Source: Octopus vulgaris
Lineage: Eukaryota
Assembly (NCBI GenBank): GCA_951406725.2
Contig: OX597827.1
Span: 52,576,001-52,640,000, forward strand
DNA length: 64,000 nt
Reading direction: 5' to 3'
Shown here: positions 10,994 to 24,819 of the stretch, piece by piece
How the letters are laid out: the number at the start of each line of letters is the position of its first letter
Numbering within the stretch: the first letter of the stretch is position 1
The notes under the pieces: generated by a model
Database searches by the model: none
Told to the model about the DNA's origin: nothing
The model's input: only the letters and a program-made list of their open reading frames with translations
Made by a program: the position numbers and the translations under genes

Positions 10994-13283
10994 GAAGAAA
11001 TGTAAATTAAATAAAATAAACTTGAAAAAAAAAAATTAAATATGAAATGTAAAATTTATTGGGCATAATCAAGTGATTTGATAGGAGTCTACAGTGCTAT
11101 TGAGATGGTGAGTGATAGTATGAGGTGGGATTGAGGACTGGTAGCTAAGTCTTGTTAATTACACATAACAAAAGTTATTAATCTGTTGTCCTCATTTTCT
11201 CAGTCACCCCCATCCCCCTTTATTTTAGAAATTAGTATAGCCAGTGAGCTCTGTCTACCACACCTCTTTCTGTTGATCTCCCAAAGTTCACTGTGTTTGT
11301 AGGTCTTATACTTTTCTATATTTTCCTTGTCCAAAAATGATTTTGTTGATAAATTTCCTTTAGTCATGCTAGACAGGTGGTTTTTGTATTGATGAGGTGT
11401 TGAGAGCATGCCTGATAATGATAGTATTTAAATGTGTGTTTGATTTATATGGTGATTAAAACATAAAGGAGGCATAAGATTCAATGTAAATAAAACAATT
11501 TCTTTAGATTTATACCTAAATTGGTCACCAGGAATAAGTTATAAATTTCTTTGAAAAAAAAAGTAACTATACAAACAGTAACCTCCTAAATCAAATTGTT
11601 TCCTTATGCAGCTGATTAAGTATTTTGTCTCCAGTTTTGAATCAGACTGACACAAAATATATTTTCAATTTAGGAATATTTCCTTTGGTGCAATTGGCAG
11701 TCATTGAAGCAAAACTGGATTTATTCTTTCCTTACCTGTAATCATGAAAGAAATAGAATTTGTGGCAAAACTGGTTATAAATATCATAGTAGATCAAATA
11801 GTGATAGCGAGAATAGTTGCTTTGTTTGTAGGCACTTCTACACTGCTGCAACTAGCATCTGGATTTTTGGTCTCTCAAGAGAACCAACATTACATCTCTT
11901 TGTGTTTCCTCAAATAGATGTGTAAAATCTCGCTCTCAAAATTACAGAGGTTGTATACTGTACTTATTTTAAAGTGAGCAACAAAATGTTTTGTGTTTGT
12001 CTTGTGATCTAAACAAATGTCTGTTGTAATTTCTACAGTATAAACTGTAATTTGTGCAATCAATGCTTATAAACTTGTCTTCCAGAATTGGCATTTGTCT
12101 CACTGTTACCTTTGAATCAAATGCATGTGTGAAAAACACACACTATAAAGATAAGTTATTGACCATCATGTCTAATGTTTCTAATATATTTCCCTTCCCA
12201 AAATGGTTTTTCTTTTGAGCTTGGAAATATTAATGAACATGGTGAGATGGCAGAACTAGATGACATGTTTTATGCTATTTAGTTTCCTCCTCCTATAATT
12301 CTGAATTTAATACTGCCAAGGTTGACTTAGAAATACTGGTCTCCTATCTAGTTTAAAGAAATTGATGTTATTAACTAAAACTGACAGTTTGAAAATTATG
12401 ACTATAAGATAGATTTCAAAAACATTTTAAATACTAAAACTTTCTTTTCATTACCAAATTTATTTGAGTTGTAATTATTAATAAAAACATACCTAAAATT
12501 CACTACAGCATTTTACCTTGAAGCAATAGGAAGGCGAACTTCCTGAGCTTATACAAACAGGAGATACTGCTGAATTAATTTATTTTGAAGCATGGCAATA
12601 TTAAGGATTTTTGTAGAATCATTTTTAACACTATTCAATACATACACATGTCACTAGCCTAGTTGTATATAATTTCTTACTGCTCTTAATTTTCAATTTC
12701 TAAGTGTTACCATACTTTGAATTAATCTCTACCGTTAGTTACATCTCTTTATGGTCTTAGTTCAAATGACATTTGTATCATTTATATACTGAAGTTGATT
12801 AGGTTGGCTGTACCCCTTCCTTCATGTTATGGCCATGTACTAATGGTAGAAATTATTATTATTAGTGTTAAATATTAAGTGAAATTTTACATGGTTTATG
12901 TGTGTGTGTGTCTTATAAAATAACTTGTGTCAAAACTGCCATCATTCCTATTTGTTTATATAAAAAAAAATCAAGTCTCCCTTCCCTCCATTTAAAAAAG
13001 AAATTACAGTGAACTTTGAAAAATGTAAATGGTCCTTCTGAATATTCAAGAAATACCTCAACACTGTCATATCTTGGGCCTAGTTTCTGAGTGACTAACT
13101 TTTGTTTAATGTGAATATTTAAATCTTATTTTATAAGCTTTCTAAAAAAAAAAAAAGGAAAAGAATAGAAATCGAAAAAAAAATTTTTTTTTACCCCCCC
13201 GTAAACTGGCTCATTTGTTTTTGGTCTTTCATATGATGTTTAAATTTTGGAAGGAAAATATGCCCATCTTTTTAATACTTATA

Positions 13284-13289
13284 AATAAA
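13284..13289 (+). terminator. Candidate distal polyadenylation signal of the lectin gene (a proximal AATAAA also lies at 11010-11015)
   Basis: AATAAA followed by U/GU-rich sequence; the hexamer is common in AT-rich DNA, so support is weak. Confidence 0.3.
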
Positions 13290-14694
13290 AAATATTTTTG
13301 AAAATATTATAATTGTAAATATTTCTTTCTAAGTTCATTTTGTTTATGGTATTTCAGACCTTTTCAAAGTCTTAGTGCATTTCTGATGGCTAAATCTTTG
13401 CTTATAGCCTCTCAGGGTTAAAAAAAATAACACTAACTGTCTATCAAATGTTCTTATAATTAAGAACATTCGATAGACAGTTATGTTATTTTTTAAGCCT
13501 AAGTCAGTCCTGATCAAGCTTCTGAGGAGAGGTCTGCTTGATTCAGGACTGATTTTTGCCCAATTTCTTCTTTGTTGGAAAGCAAAGTCAACACTACTAG
13601 TATTTAAAGCCAATTGTGGTAACAATGTCAAAGCATATCATCTGGTATTCTACACAAGGCCTTGAATTCATAGAAGAAATAAAATGTGGTTGGGTAACAT
13701 TGTTTGAGCAGACCTACACGTGATCAAAAGTGTTTCACTTATACCTTCTCATCTAACTTTCAGACAGCGTATCAAAGACTAGAGTATCCAATGTATCCTT
13801 TCTAAGATGTGATTTGAAAGTGATTTGACTGCTATTGCCTGTTGAACTCCTATGCAGATGCTCCCTCTCTATGCTTTTATAATAAACAATGCCAGTATTA
13901 ATAATCACAAAAACTTCTGTGATTAAGATTTAAAATTTGTTTGTCCTAATATCACTTGGAACAAGGCTTACTCTTCTCCAGCACAGATCTGCTACTTACT
14001 TTTCAAAGGGTTGGTTGTAAATGTAATTGAACCTAGAATATAGTAATTGAGTCTCTTGCAGTTTCTGCTACTCCACTGCCAACATTGTCTGAATATGCCT
14101 GTTTTCTTTTTTCAAGTGCCTGTACTTTGTTACAGTGACATTTAGAGCATATTATCACTTGCAATAATTCTTTTACATTCTTTTATGTATGAATTTATAT
14201 CTCTCATAAATTACTTTCTTATGGTTTGTGTCAAATACTGTCCTAATTCTAATATTCCTTAGTTTCATCTACATTGATCTAGAATAGATTGCAACCTTTT
14301 TTTTTTTTGGAAAAAGTTACCTGTGAAAGATTAACCTTTTATGCAACAGATTTCTTTCATCTGTTAGGGCAAAGGAAACAGGAGTTGGGCTAAATCCCAC
14401 AAACATTTGCAACTTTTGATTCTTGGCTCGTTCATTTTGTATATTTCTTGTAGTGTTAGTTTAATGGTTTCCTCTCATGAAATGATCTTTATTTAAATGT
14501 CTCTCTGATACAGTATATTACATTGTGCTGATTGTAGGAGTATTGATGGCTTCAGTTTGATGCCAAAGGTATCTTAGTGTGCTTTTTTTTTTTTTTACAG
14601 TAAGTAATGTTGAGTTAGGGATCTTGATAAGTCCACAGGAAGTAGACATTTTATATAAAAATCTCTTTATCATAGTCAATATCTTCTAAATTGC

Positions 14695-14930
14695 AACCAG
14701 CATGGCTTTCGTAATGGGAGGGACTGTCTAATACTACTCCTCCACTGTTTTGATGACATCGTAAATGCACTAAATGAAGGCTCCAATGCCAATGTCATAT
14801 ACATTGATTTCAGCAAGGCCTTTGACAGAGTCGACTACTATATGCTGTTAAAGAAATTATCCAACGCTGGAGTCACTGGAAAACTACTTTAGTGGATTAA
14901 GTATTTCCTAACAAATAGGACCCACCATGC
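14695..14930 (+). mobile_element. CR1/L2-type LINE reverse transcriptase fragment
   Basis: QHGFRNGRDC...VIYIDFSKAFDRVDYYMLLKKL...KLL*WIKYFLTNRT. Confidence 0.85.
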
Positions 14931-14949
14931 ACTGAAAATTGAGATCAAG

Positions 14950-15230
14950 CGAGCTTTTGCCCTTTTGCTTGTGAGTTTAGTAGTGATGGACTGATAGATC
15001 ATGTCTCTTCTTTAAAACGTTGACTTTACCCAACACCAACTTTGAAGTCGTTGGGTGATGTTCCCATTGTTTTTATGATTTCCTGTGCCTTGAGAATATA
15101 TCAGTTGTGCTGAATCTGCTACTAACTATTCTGCATGATCATCTCTTCAAATTTTAGAAGTGCTACAGATTTCCTTATGCTTGCCTTCTCCAACTTCAGT
15201 AGGAATTGAAATAAACTTGTCTTTGTGTAC
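14950..15230 (-). mobile_element. Possible pogo/Tigger transposase HTH relic
   Basis: Degenerate translation resembles FK..GW..RF.KRH.LS of CENP-B-type HTH domains. Confidence 0.35.
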
Positions 15231-15667
15231 ACTAGAGTTGGAGATTAGACACACAACATCCAATATAGCAATTAACTACTCAGTTTTCATTTTCCTCTCC
15301 ATATAAAGTTGCCTTCAATTTCTCTGCACTTGTGTACTGTTTACTTAGCCACTATGATAAAAAATAATTGCGTGAAAAGAACCTCTATTTTCATTAGTAA
15401 ATGATAAATACTCTGCACGTCCATGACATGGCCAAGTGCATATCATTGTACAAACTCAATAGTTTAAACACAAGTATGCAGCTAAATGATTTCCCAGAAA
15501 AAAAATGATTGTGTGATTTCCATAAAGTTTACTTCACAGAAAGTGCAATTTTACAATCTTTGCTGGTAAAGTTCAAATGTCACTTTTAAGAAGTGTGAAT
15601 TTTTTTAATGTAACAAGTTTTGCTGGTCATGTTACATGGAAACCATCAGTGCTTGAAAAAGTAGTAG

Positions 15668-16397
15668 TTGGTAGGAGAAAAATCTAGGGAATAAGCTGGG
15701 AGGGGAAGAACTTCGTAGCCAAGTTCCCTCAACTTCTGGAGCATCATTAGTGAAATATTTGATCGAGCATTGTCATGAAGAATGATTGGCCCTCTTATAA
15801 TTGACCAGTCTGGGATGGAAGAGTAGCAGTTTTTTATTCATTTTGGCAATATGTTTCTGCAGTAATGGTTTTTCTGGGTTTTAAGAAGTTATAGTGGATG
15901 AGTCCAGCAGTATGTCACTAAACAGTTACCATTACCTTCTTTTTGAAGAGCTCGGGTTTATGGAAGGTTTTCACTGCTTCATTTTGGTTCAGCCACTGCG
16001 AAGAATGTTTTTTATTATTGTACAGAATCCACTTTTCATCGCAAGTTGCAATACAGTTGAGAAATGGATTGGTCTGGTTATGGAGGAGTGACAAGCAAAT
16101 TTCATATCTGCGCATTTTATGATTTTCATTCAAATTGTGTGGTACCCATTTGTTGAGCTTTTTTGATTTTCCAATCACATGCAAATGGTTGCAGGCAGTT
16201 TTCTGACTAGCTTGAAGTTCTTTTGCCAGTTCCCGAGTGGTTTTACGTGGATCTTTCTCAATGACGGTCTTTAATTGACTGCCATTGATGACAGATGGGC
16301 ATCCACAATGCTCACAATCTTTAAGGCTCAGGTCTCCACTGTGAAATCGTTTAAACCATTTTCGAGCTGACCACTCATCTATCCTAAGTGTCCTCAT
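15668..16397 (-). mobile_element. Mariner (DD34D) transposase pseudogene
   Basis: ORF 15918..16397 contains WVPHNL and TCDEKW; continues past stops and frameshifts through HDNARS and AYSLDFSPT (YSPDLAP motif). Confidence 0.92.
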
Positions 16398-16398
16398 T

Positions 16399-16625
16399 GA
16401 CCATCAAAGGCTTTCCAGAAAAATAGCATCAATAGTGTTTCTCCTAGGTACAAAACCAAACTGCATCTCATCCAGGCTCTCTTCCTTAGTTGAGCTACGA
16501 CCCTCTCTAACTTCCATAGTCTTGTCCAGCAATCTGATACCTCTGTAATTATTCTTGTCTAAGGTGTCACCTTTATCTTTGTAGCAGTAGCAGTTGATTA
16601 TAATGCTGCTACACCAGTCATTGGC
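16399..16625 (-). mobile_element. RTE LINE reverse transcriptase fragment abutting the mariner relic
   Basis: Minus strand: WCSSIIIN..YKDKGDTLDKNNYRGIRLL...DEMQFGFVP..TIDAIF..KAFD. Confidence 0.8.
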
Positions 16626-16837
16626 ACATCTATTTCTGCTATATTTCTATAGCTATTTCTCATTAATACCATCTTGGATTCATAATAACAAAACATACCC
16701 ATACAGAAAAAAAAAAAGAAATGGATGCTAAAATGATAAAAAGTAAGCATACTCATCTAGAATATAAATTCATTTATATAGTTTTGCTTTTCCTTTTTTT
16801 AAACTTTTTATGCTCACAATCTCTAACTGGAATAATG

Positions 16838-17160
16838 TTGAGTCTCACAGAGGCAATGACAAGTGACACAGACTGTTGGCAATTTGCTGTGCTTAAGAAG
16901 ACACATCAAGCTAAGTAAAATCATAGTTGTGGTGACACATGAAAAGCACCAGTGACATGTAGAAGGTACTTGTTCCAGTGACATATAAAAGGCACCTGGC
17001 ACACTTTCTGGAGTAACTGGTGTTAGGAAGGGCATTCAGCCAGAGAAAGTAAGCCAAAACGGACTGGAGCTTGGTTCAGCTCACTGGCTTACTAATTCCA
17101 GTCAAACTGTCTAACCTATGCCAGATGAAAAACAGACTCTAAACAATGATGATAATGATT
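16838..17160 (+). mobile_element. RTE LINE 3' end
   Basis: LTEAMTSD..W.FAVLKKT, aaaagcacc repeats, taggaagggcat motif and (GAT)n tail; homologous to 6000-6586. Confidence 0.8.
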
Positions 17161-18599
17161 GGTATGCAGGTCTGGAGTAGATGGGTTGAGTTTCAAGTTG
17201 AACCTGGGTTGCTCAAATATATATATGTATTGGGGAGGGAGTGCTAATTGGATTTTCCCAGCTGAGAGAAATAAAATTATGTCCTCTGTGCCATAGGAAT
17301 GACATTTCATGTGAGTACTGAACATGTTTAGTGTGATAAAAAAATGTAGTTAGACTATATGTACTGGATTATTGAAAGTTCAACTTTGCTGCTAACATTG
17401 GCTGTTTTCAAATACATTTGATAAAATTGTTTTGGGGAAGAATGAACTGAAGATATCTCTCATACATGCAGTTGTTCTAGAAGGCTATTAATCCATCGAC
17501 TTACTATCTTTGTATACTTAATTTCATGACTACTTTGCAAGTATGAAGTCACATATTTAGTTTAAGGAAGGGGAAATTTGCATTGTAATATTCACATTTT
17601 TAACCTCAAATTAAATTTGTCAGTGCAAGACAAGTGAAACTGGGGACTAAATAAATTACACTGAAGATGGAAATTTGGTTTTTAACTAAATGGTGGTCAA
17701 TGTACATTTGTTCAATTCATAAGCTGTACAACAATCCTTGCAAAATATTCTTATTTGCAAAACAATCCAGTAAAAACCTCCCTGCCAGCTTTTAATGACC
17801 AGGCTCAGTGTTTTAGGAGAGTAAATTTGTATCTGAATTCGAACAACAAATAATCACCAAACGCACTATGAAAGATGACTGGTATCATGAATACAGTGGA
17901 GAGTTAATTTAAAAAGGAAAAGAAACATAAATAAGTTTTAATTTGTTTATTTGCAATTTTACAATGTTAACATCAATTCAGTAAAAATTTCCACAACTGC
18001 CTCCTGCCTAAGGCCTTTGTACAGATGCAAAAGATCATGCATTTCAGCCAGACTGTTTAAGGCTGTCAAATGTTTATCTTGTCTTATTATTGTGTGCATG
18101 TCTCCTGATGTCTGCATCCTTTGTTGACAAAAGAAGTCCAAATAAGCTTACTTTTCATGCTCTGTGAAATTCATTCTCATTTACACAAACACCTAACCCT
18201 TTTCACTCTCAAAAATCATAAAACATTAAGTTCTTTCTTCCTTAAAACTTCCAAGTGATCACAGTTTTTGACTGAAGATGTGTGTATAGTTTAGACTTTT
18301 GTAAGCTGCCTAAGTACTGGATAGTCAGGGCACTGTTTGAAGTCTTAGTATTTATGTTGTATACATAGCCAGCAGAGCAAGTTCACTACAGTGTTTGTAA
18401 TTCAACACATATCACATCAAAATGAGAATAGTACATAGTGAATACATTTCACTGAAACCGTTCTCTAAATAATGCTTTGTTGTAATGCTTTCACAAGTAG
18501 CATCAAGTGGATGTAGAATACAGATGATACCAGTGTCCAACAAAACTCATGATCAGCTTACAGATTATGCTCATGGATTTGAGTGCAAGGACCTTGCTC

Positions 18600-19250
18600 A
18601 GCCCATAGGCATTAATTTGAAGTCTGTAAACAGAATAATTGACTATAAAAAATGAGAAGCATTACTCAAAGACTGTAAATGCTGGTTCTAGTGCCTGAGA
18701 ATAGAAACTGACTCAATCTTATTACTAGACATGCATGTACTAAATGGTTTGTGAAAACTAATTCCTTTTGGAAAATCAGTAATTTTTGTGGATGAATGTG
18801 GCTTCAACCTTCACACTACCAGCAACTGTAGCTGAACCTTAATAAGCCAACCTGCAATTAGAACTGTTCACAGACAAGCAGGCAAAAATCTCAAGTACAG
18901 AAGGTTTATTCTTGACAGAATTTCATACTTATGCACATCAGATGCAGTTTCTTTGCTTTTTAGCTGAACATTTCGAAGGCCAGGAATATATTTTTATATT
19001 CAACAATGTAACAATTTATTGTGGAATCAAAGTTTCCATTTAAGATATTCGTAATTGTTTGCAACATCTAAAGGTGTATTTGCTTATGCTTAATCTGATA
19101 AAAAAAACAAAAACATTTCCTGCATATAAAATACAAACAGAAAGCAGAACTTTTAGACATTTGTGTAGAAATGGCAGGACAATTCTGCAGGTATTACAAA
19201 AGTTACAAATCAAAATAATAATCATTATGAGAACCATATGATGAGCTATT
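18600..19250 (+). mobile_element. Highly degenerate Tc1/IS630-like transposase relic
   Basis: Fragments IFVDECGFNLHT, IFIF(D/N)NV and a remnant of the PYSPxLNPIE motif in the expected order; many stops. Confidence 0.55.
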
Positions 19251-22200
19251 TACCTCACTGCTTGGCTGATCAAAACTTCAAATTAACCAAGCAGGTTTAC
19301 ATTGTTGACACCGTTCAATGATGTTTTGATGTTTTGCTTTGGTGTATTTCCTATTACAGAAATCTTTCAGTGTTAATCTCACTTTGGAACCACTCTGCCC
19401 ACTTTGAAGTAAAATCTGTTAAGTTGGAATTACAAATACAGTAATAAACACTTATTTTTAACATGATCACACTGCCTGTAGTGTTGTGGGCTTTATGAAG
19501 TTGTAGTTACTATTTTATAGCCAGATGGACTGAGCCATTTGAGAACAAAGTAGATTACCAGTGGACACACTATAAAATTAGCCAGCAAATAGCTCTTCTA
19601 AAACAGTGCAGAATATTTTTATCCCAGCCTAACAGTTATTCAGAACACAAGAACAAAATACTTAAATACTGACAAAATAACAACATAAAAAGATACAAAA
19701 AAAGAGAAAAACATCAGAAAAAATTTGTAAGACGAAAATAAATGGCATTGTGAAGCAGTAAACTTAAACTAAATAGGGAGCTAAACAGTTATGGACAGTT
19801 TCCAAATGGGAAGAATTACCTGAGGATTAAATACTCATTCTTTAAAAATAATTTATGTCAAACATTGGCAGGATAGAGGGTAAAAAGGGGGAAGGGTGGA
19901 TATCTATTTTTTTCTTTTTCCATAATTTTTTAAAGTTTCATGGGAGAGGGAATAAGTATTAAAAAAAAAAAAAATTTTTTTGTGTTTATGTTTCTAAGCT
20001 TGTTTCTCCATTTTGATTTCATTTTCCTTTTTTTTTTGATATGAACAGAAATGTCAGACTAGACATTTTAGTTAGGGTAGTAATGTTATTGCATTAGTGC
20101 TGAACTCTGTCTGTATCTAAGAAATATTAATTTTCTTTTGATTAGAAAAAGAAAGGAAAACAAAGAAAGCTCCTAACAATGAAGAATGTTTTACAAAAAC
20201 CATTTAAAAAAAAATTTTTTTCTTGGACTGTTTCCTTCTGAAATACAAAGGATTTTGTAAAACTTTCTGCATTATTAGAAACTTTCTTTATTTTCCTCTT
20301 TTTTTCTACTTCTGTACTACAATACTTCAAGCAAACTCTAACACTCTTATTTCTTTGATTAATCTAAATCTAATCTTAATAAAACTATTGTCATTAATTC
20401 TTGATCAACTCCATGTTGCTTTCTGCAACAATCTTCCCATTCTCATTCATATATAACACTCAACCACTTTCACTCATACAGATAAACCAAACAGTCTCAT
20501 GCGATTCGCAACCACATCTACAAAATCACAGACTCTGAAACTTCTCTGATATACACACACACATGCTTGTATTAAATAGATTATGTGCTTTAGCAGTATC
20601 ATTTAAACAATTAACATTGATGAAGATAGCTTCTTTAAATTTACAGCCAATAAGTTTTTTTTGCTTATTCTTCAAATGCTGGCAAACTACGCTGATAAAA
20701 AATCTTAAAATTTTAATAAATATTTTAATTCAAACTTTAGATTTATTAAACTAAATCTTTGAAAAATTTGCAATTATTTTTCTGCCAAAGCAAAACTCAT
20801 TGATATTTAAAATCAGTATTATAAAGGGCTTGGTAAAATAATGATTATTAATAGCTTTTCTACTGCAACTTTGGTAAAATGTATAAGAAATAAGGGTTGT
20901 TGGATGGTGGTATTGTTAGCTATTTTGAATACTATCTCAGGTCAAGTACTTCTCAGTCCCTTTCAGTAACCAAATAAGATGAAATTAACTAAGCCCATTT
21001 TAAAATCTTGAAACGGATTCCACTTCCTCTTTTTTCTGTTAAAAAAAAATCCAATTCACAAACTGACTACAACATATCTAACTGCTTCGGATCCAGTTAG
21101 CATAGTATTTATCATGTTAAGTACTGTGTTGTAAAAATAAGCTCTTGAGAAATAAAGACTATAACCTAAATAAATTTTATAAGTAGAGCCATTTAACTAC
21201 AGTCACTGCTACAAAACAAAACATCAACACAATCATCTCCCTAAAATTTAAAACTTTGGGCCTGTGATCTATGTGAGAATTATGGTGTTTTGACTCGTTA
21301 AATACTTTGCAGGAAAAAATCTACATCAATACTTATATAACTTTTACCTCTACTTCCTTGTATACTCTGGTTTTATATGGCAAGGTTTAAAAAGTTAATG
21401 AATGGTCTGGAGAAAAATTCACGTTATTTCCAGAAATGTCACACAAATGAATCCAAAGATCCTGTGTTTGGAGCTCAATAAAACTATTAATGGTTTCTCC
21501 CATTGGTACAAGTTTCAACTGTGGATTGGCAAATGGAACAGTTAGACTTATTAAAGCAAAATCATAATTTCTAATATAGACACAAGACCACATTTTGGGA
21601 GAGCAATTTATATATATCTGATTATTTAGGGCCAAGTAATTTGACTGGGAAAATGAAAAGCAAATTTAACCGTAGCAGGATCTGAACTCAGAATGTAAAA
21701 AGACAACAAAATACTGCAAGACATTTTTATCCACTGATCTACTAATTCTGTCACTCCATCAATACAAAATAAGTGTGAAAACTAATCAATTAAGCAGCCA
21801 TGTTTACTAATATAACCCAATAAGCTTCTATGTCAATCACTGGACATTCTAATGTAGCAGGCAATCAGCATACAACCAGATGAGGGGAAGGTAGGGAACT
21901 GGAGAAAAGAAAATGGCTTTGAAGATAATATTAAAGCAGTATGAAGGAAACTGTTCAGAAGTAAACAGTGTCTCTTGAGGAGGACCCTTTATTATTAGCT
22001 ATGCCGCAGGGAACAGTTGGCAACTGATAAAATCATCAGGCTCAGGAGTTAATGGATAACCTACTCTCTGGTAAGTGATCTAGTGAAAACCTTATATCAC
22101 TGATATTAATTACAACAATGCTGTTTCACTGGGAATATTTTTATTCTTAAACATTCAACTATGAAGTGAAAATATCATCTAGGCAGACTAAGGCAACAGA

Positions 22201-24257
22201 GTAACTTGCTCTGCTAAGGAGCACATCACTACCTTTTTTTTTTCTCACTAAGATAGCAACCAACATGGAGTGGAAAGCTCCAGATTTGACAAGACAACTT
22301 CTCTAGTTCTCGCCCATTTTCTTCATAGTGATTCAGATTATTACAGAGTGGTGTCATAGGCAGAAAGCATAAGATGAGAATTTCTATAGTGCTGGTGCCA
22401 ATGGCAACAGTTGTAGAACTCCAGCATATTCTCATGCCAGAGGATGCAGAATTAAAAATGGAGGGATGATTTATTGGATTTAATTTGAGCTAACATGAAA
22501 AATGTCTAACCGATAACAATGATGAAGTTCTTCAATTAATATTCCTGAATGCAACAGAGAACGTTATTTTAGACTGCTCCAGTCTATAATTAATTTTTTG
22601 GTTGTCGAAGTAAGTAATAATACCTACCATACAAACGATGCGATAAAATTTGAGGCAGGGGAAAAAAATCAATTAAACTGATATCAGTATTTGACCAATA
22701 CTTTTTATCAATCTAGTACCTATTCTTGACAGCTATGTGTATTGCCAAATACACAACAAAATACATTATTTATGATGATAATGATGATGATAAATGAACT
22801 GACTGCAGTATATGACTGGTACTTAAAAGCTTCCATTCTAGAATTGTAACAAAAAAAAATTCTGGTGATTAAAGAATTAAAAAAATTTCTTTTAAATTCT
22901 TTAAATAAATAAATAAATAAACTTTATTTTAAATTTATTTTTATTTAATAATAAACATAATTTCATCAGAACATGGGCTTTTAAAGTGAATAAATTCACA
23001 GGGGTTTCAGAAAATAATCTGGACGACAATGGGGAATTGTATCAACCACTTATCTGTAATTAAACTGTAAGTGATTGGAGACTGAGAAAGGGAAGGACTA
23101 GGAAAGGCATAAAGCACAAAAAGTTGAGGAAAAGTTTTGGTCTCTGATTCCAGCAGAGCCCTCGGGTTACAACATAAGGAGGGAGAATCCAAGAAAGCAA
23201 TGATATCAACTATATTAAGAAGAACATTGACCAGAGCCAGATCATATAATCTGAGAGATTCAAGCGCCAATCAAAAGGTATTTCAATATTGTTTACTAGG
23301 CAAACGGTAAAACAGTATTGAACTTGTGAAATATAACATTTTATCTTTATGCAAATACACACGTTTGATGTATGTCTGTGTGTGTATATGTGTATGTATG
23401 TATATATTACATATGTATATATATATATTTATAATTATATGTATGCATGTATATATATATTTATAATTATTTATATATATATATATGTATTACATGTGTA
23501 TATATATTCATAATTATATATATATAACTATATATGTATATATAATTATATATACACATACGCACACACACCAGAGTGTGCCTGAATGCACAATGTGTGT
23601 GTGTAAAGATGTATACAAAATACACACTCACTATTGTAGCAATTATATATATCTTTGTGTGTATGCATGAACAACATATACATCCTTATATAAATACAAA
23701 AAATATAATTGAACTATGGTTCTTGTGTAAAAGAGCAAGTTATTTTAAATCACAGATCAACAGTAATGAGAAAAAAATTACAGTTTAAATGTGAAATTTT
23801 GTGGGGAAAAAAAAAACAAAAAAAATTTGTTTCCAAGTTCAGTGTTGAAGAACTTCAACAGTAACAAAAATATAAAATAAATAAAAAGACCTCTAATAGG
23901 TCAAATTGATATGCACTGACACTGTTTTTAAGAGTAATATATTTCTTAAGTTAAGCACAAAACATTTTCATATTGCTTCAATGAAAGTTAAACATTGGCT
24001 AAAGAGATAGTAACTGAAAAAATATGAAATAAAAATAATACATTGCTTACAGTAAGTTCAGTGCTAACACTAATATATAACAAAAGATTGTAGTGAATCA
24101 GAAAACGAAAAATATACATTCAAAGTTTGGAATAAACAACAGAAGAACAAGGAATCAAAGATTTTATGTAGAGAGGAGATAGCAAAGAAAAAAAATGATA
24201 AAGCTAAATGATAGTCTGTTAGAAAGGGATAGGGGGTGGGTAATTAATAAGTCACTG

Positions 24258-24326
24258 CTACGACACATCTCCAACTTTAGCAATCAATTCATCACAGATG
24301 GCAGTTAATTCCTGATTCTCTAATGC
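24258..24326 (-). CDS. TACC: TACC protein, last coding exon
   Basis: ttag|GCA...TAG; ALENQELTAICDELIAKVGDVS*, the conserved ENxELTxICDELI C-terminus of the TACC domain. Confidence 0.95.
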   Translation of the reverse strand, partial: ALENQELTAICDELIAKVGDVS

Positions 24327-24698
24327 CTAAAAGAAAAAAGAAAAAAGAAAAAAAAAGAGATCAATTAATGTTCAAGACAAGGAACTGTGGACATCTCTGG
24401 TAGAGAAGAGTTAATGCTATTTATTTGGGAAACCTACTTTTTTTTCTTTTAGCTGAAATCCTGCTTACATTAATATTTTTTCTTTCCTTTTGTCAGTAAA
24501 TAAAAATATAAGTACCATATTAACTGCTTAACCATCAGATTTCTTTGCTTAAACGTAATGCTTATTTATTCACATTGTTTTGAATTAATCTCACATTATT
24601 TTGTAGCTTTGAGATTTCAATGGTAAACACATGTTCAGACTAAACTAAGGAAAAAAAAAGGAGTGGGTACTAAGAAAAAAAGAAAGAAAATTACTTAC

Positions 24699-24819
24699 TT
24701 TCTGTTCTATTGTCCTTTCCATGGACTGAACCTGAACCTCACTCTTTTTCAATGCAGCTTCCAATTTTGCAATTTCTGCAGAAGTACTACGTCGCACTTT
24801 ATCTATTTCAGAGTTGGCT
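24699..24819 (-). CDS. TACC: TACC coding exon
   Basis: ccag|...|gtaagt; (K)ANSEIDKVRRSTSAEIAKLEAALKKSEVQVQSMERTIEQK; 121 nt, phase 2 to 0. Confidence 0.95.

Noticed and set aside
13504-13552. Hairpin tcagtcctgatcaagc/gcttgattcaggactga
   Set aside because: The arms resemble the tail of SINE-like family 3, so it is most simply explained as two fused repeat fragments
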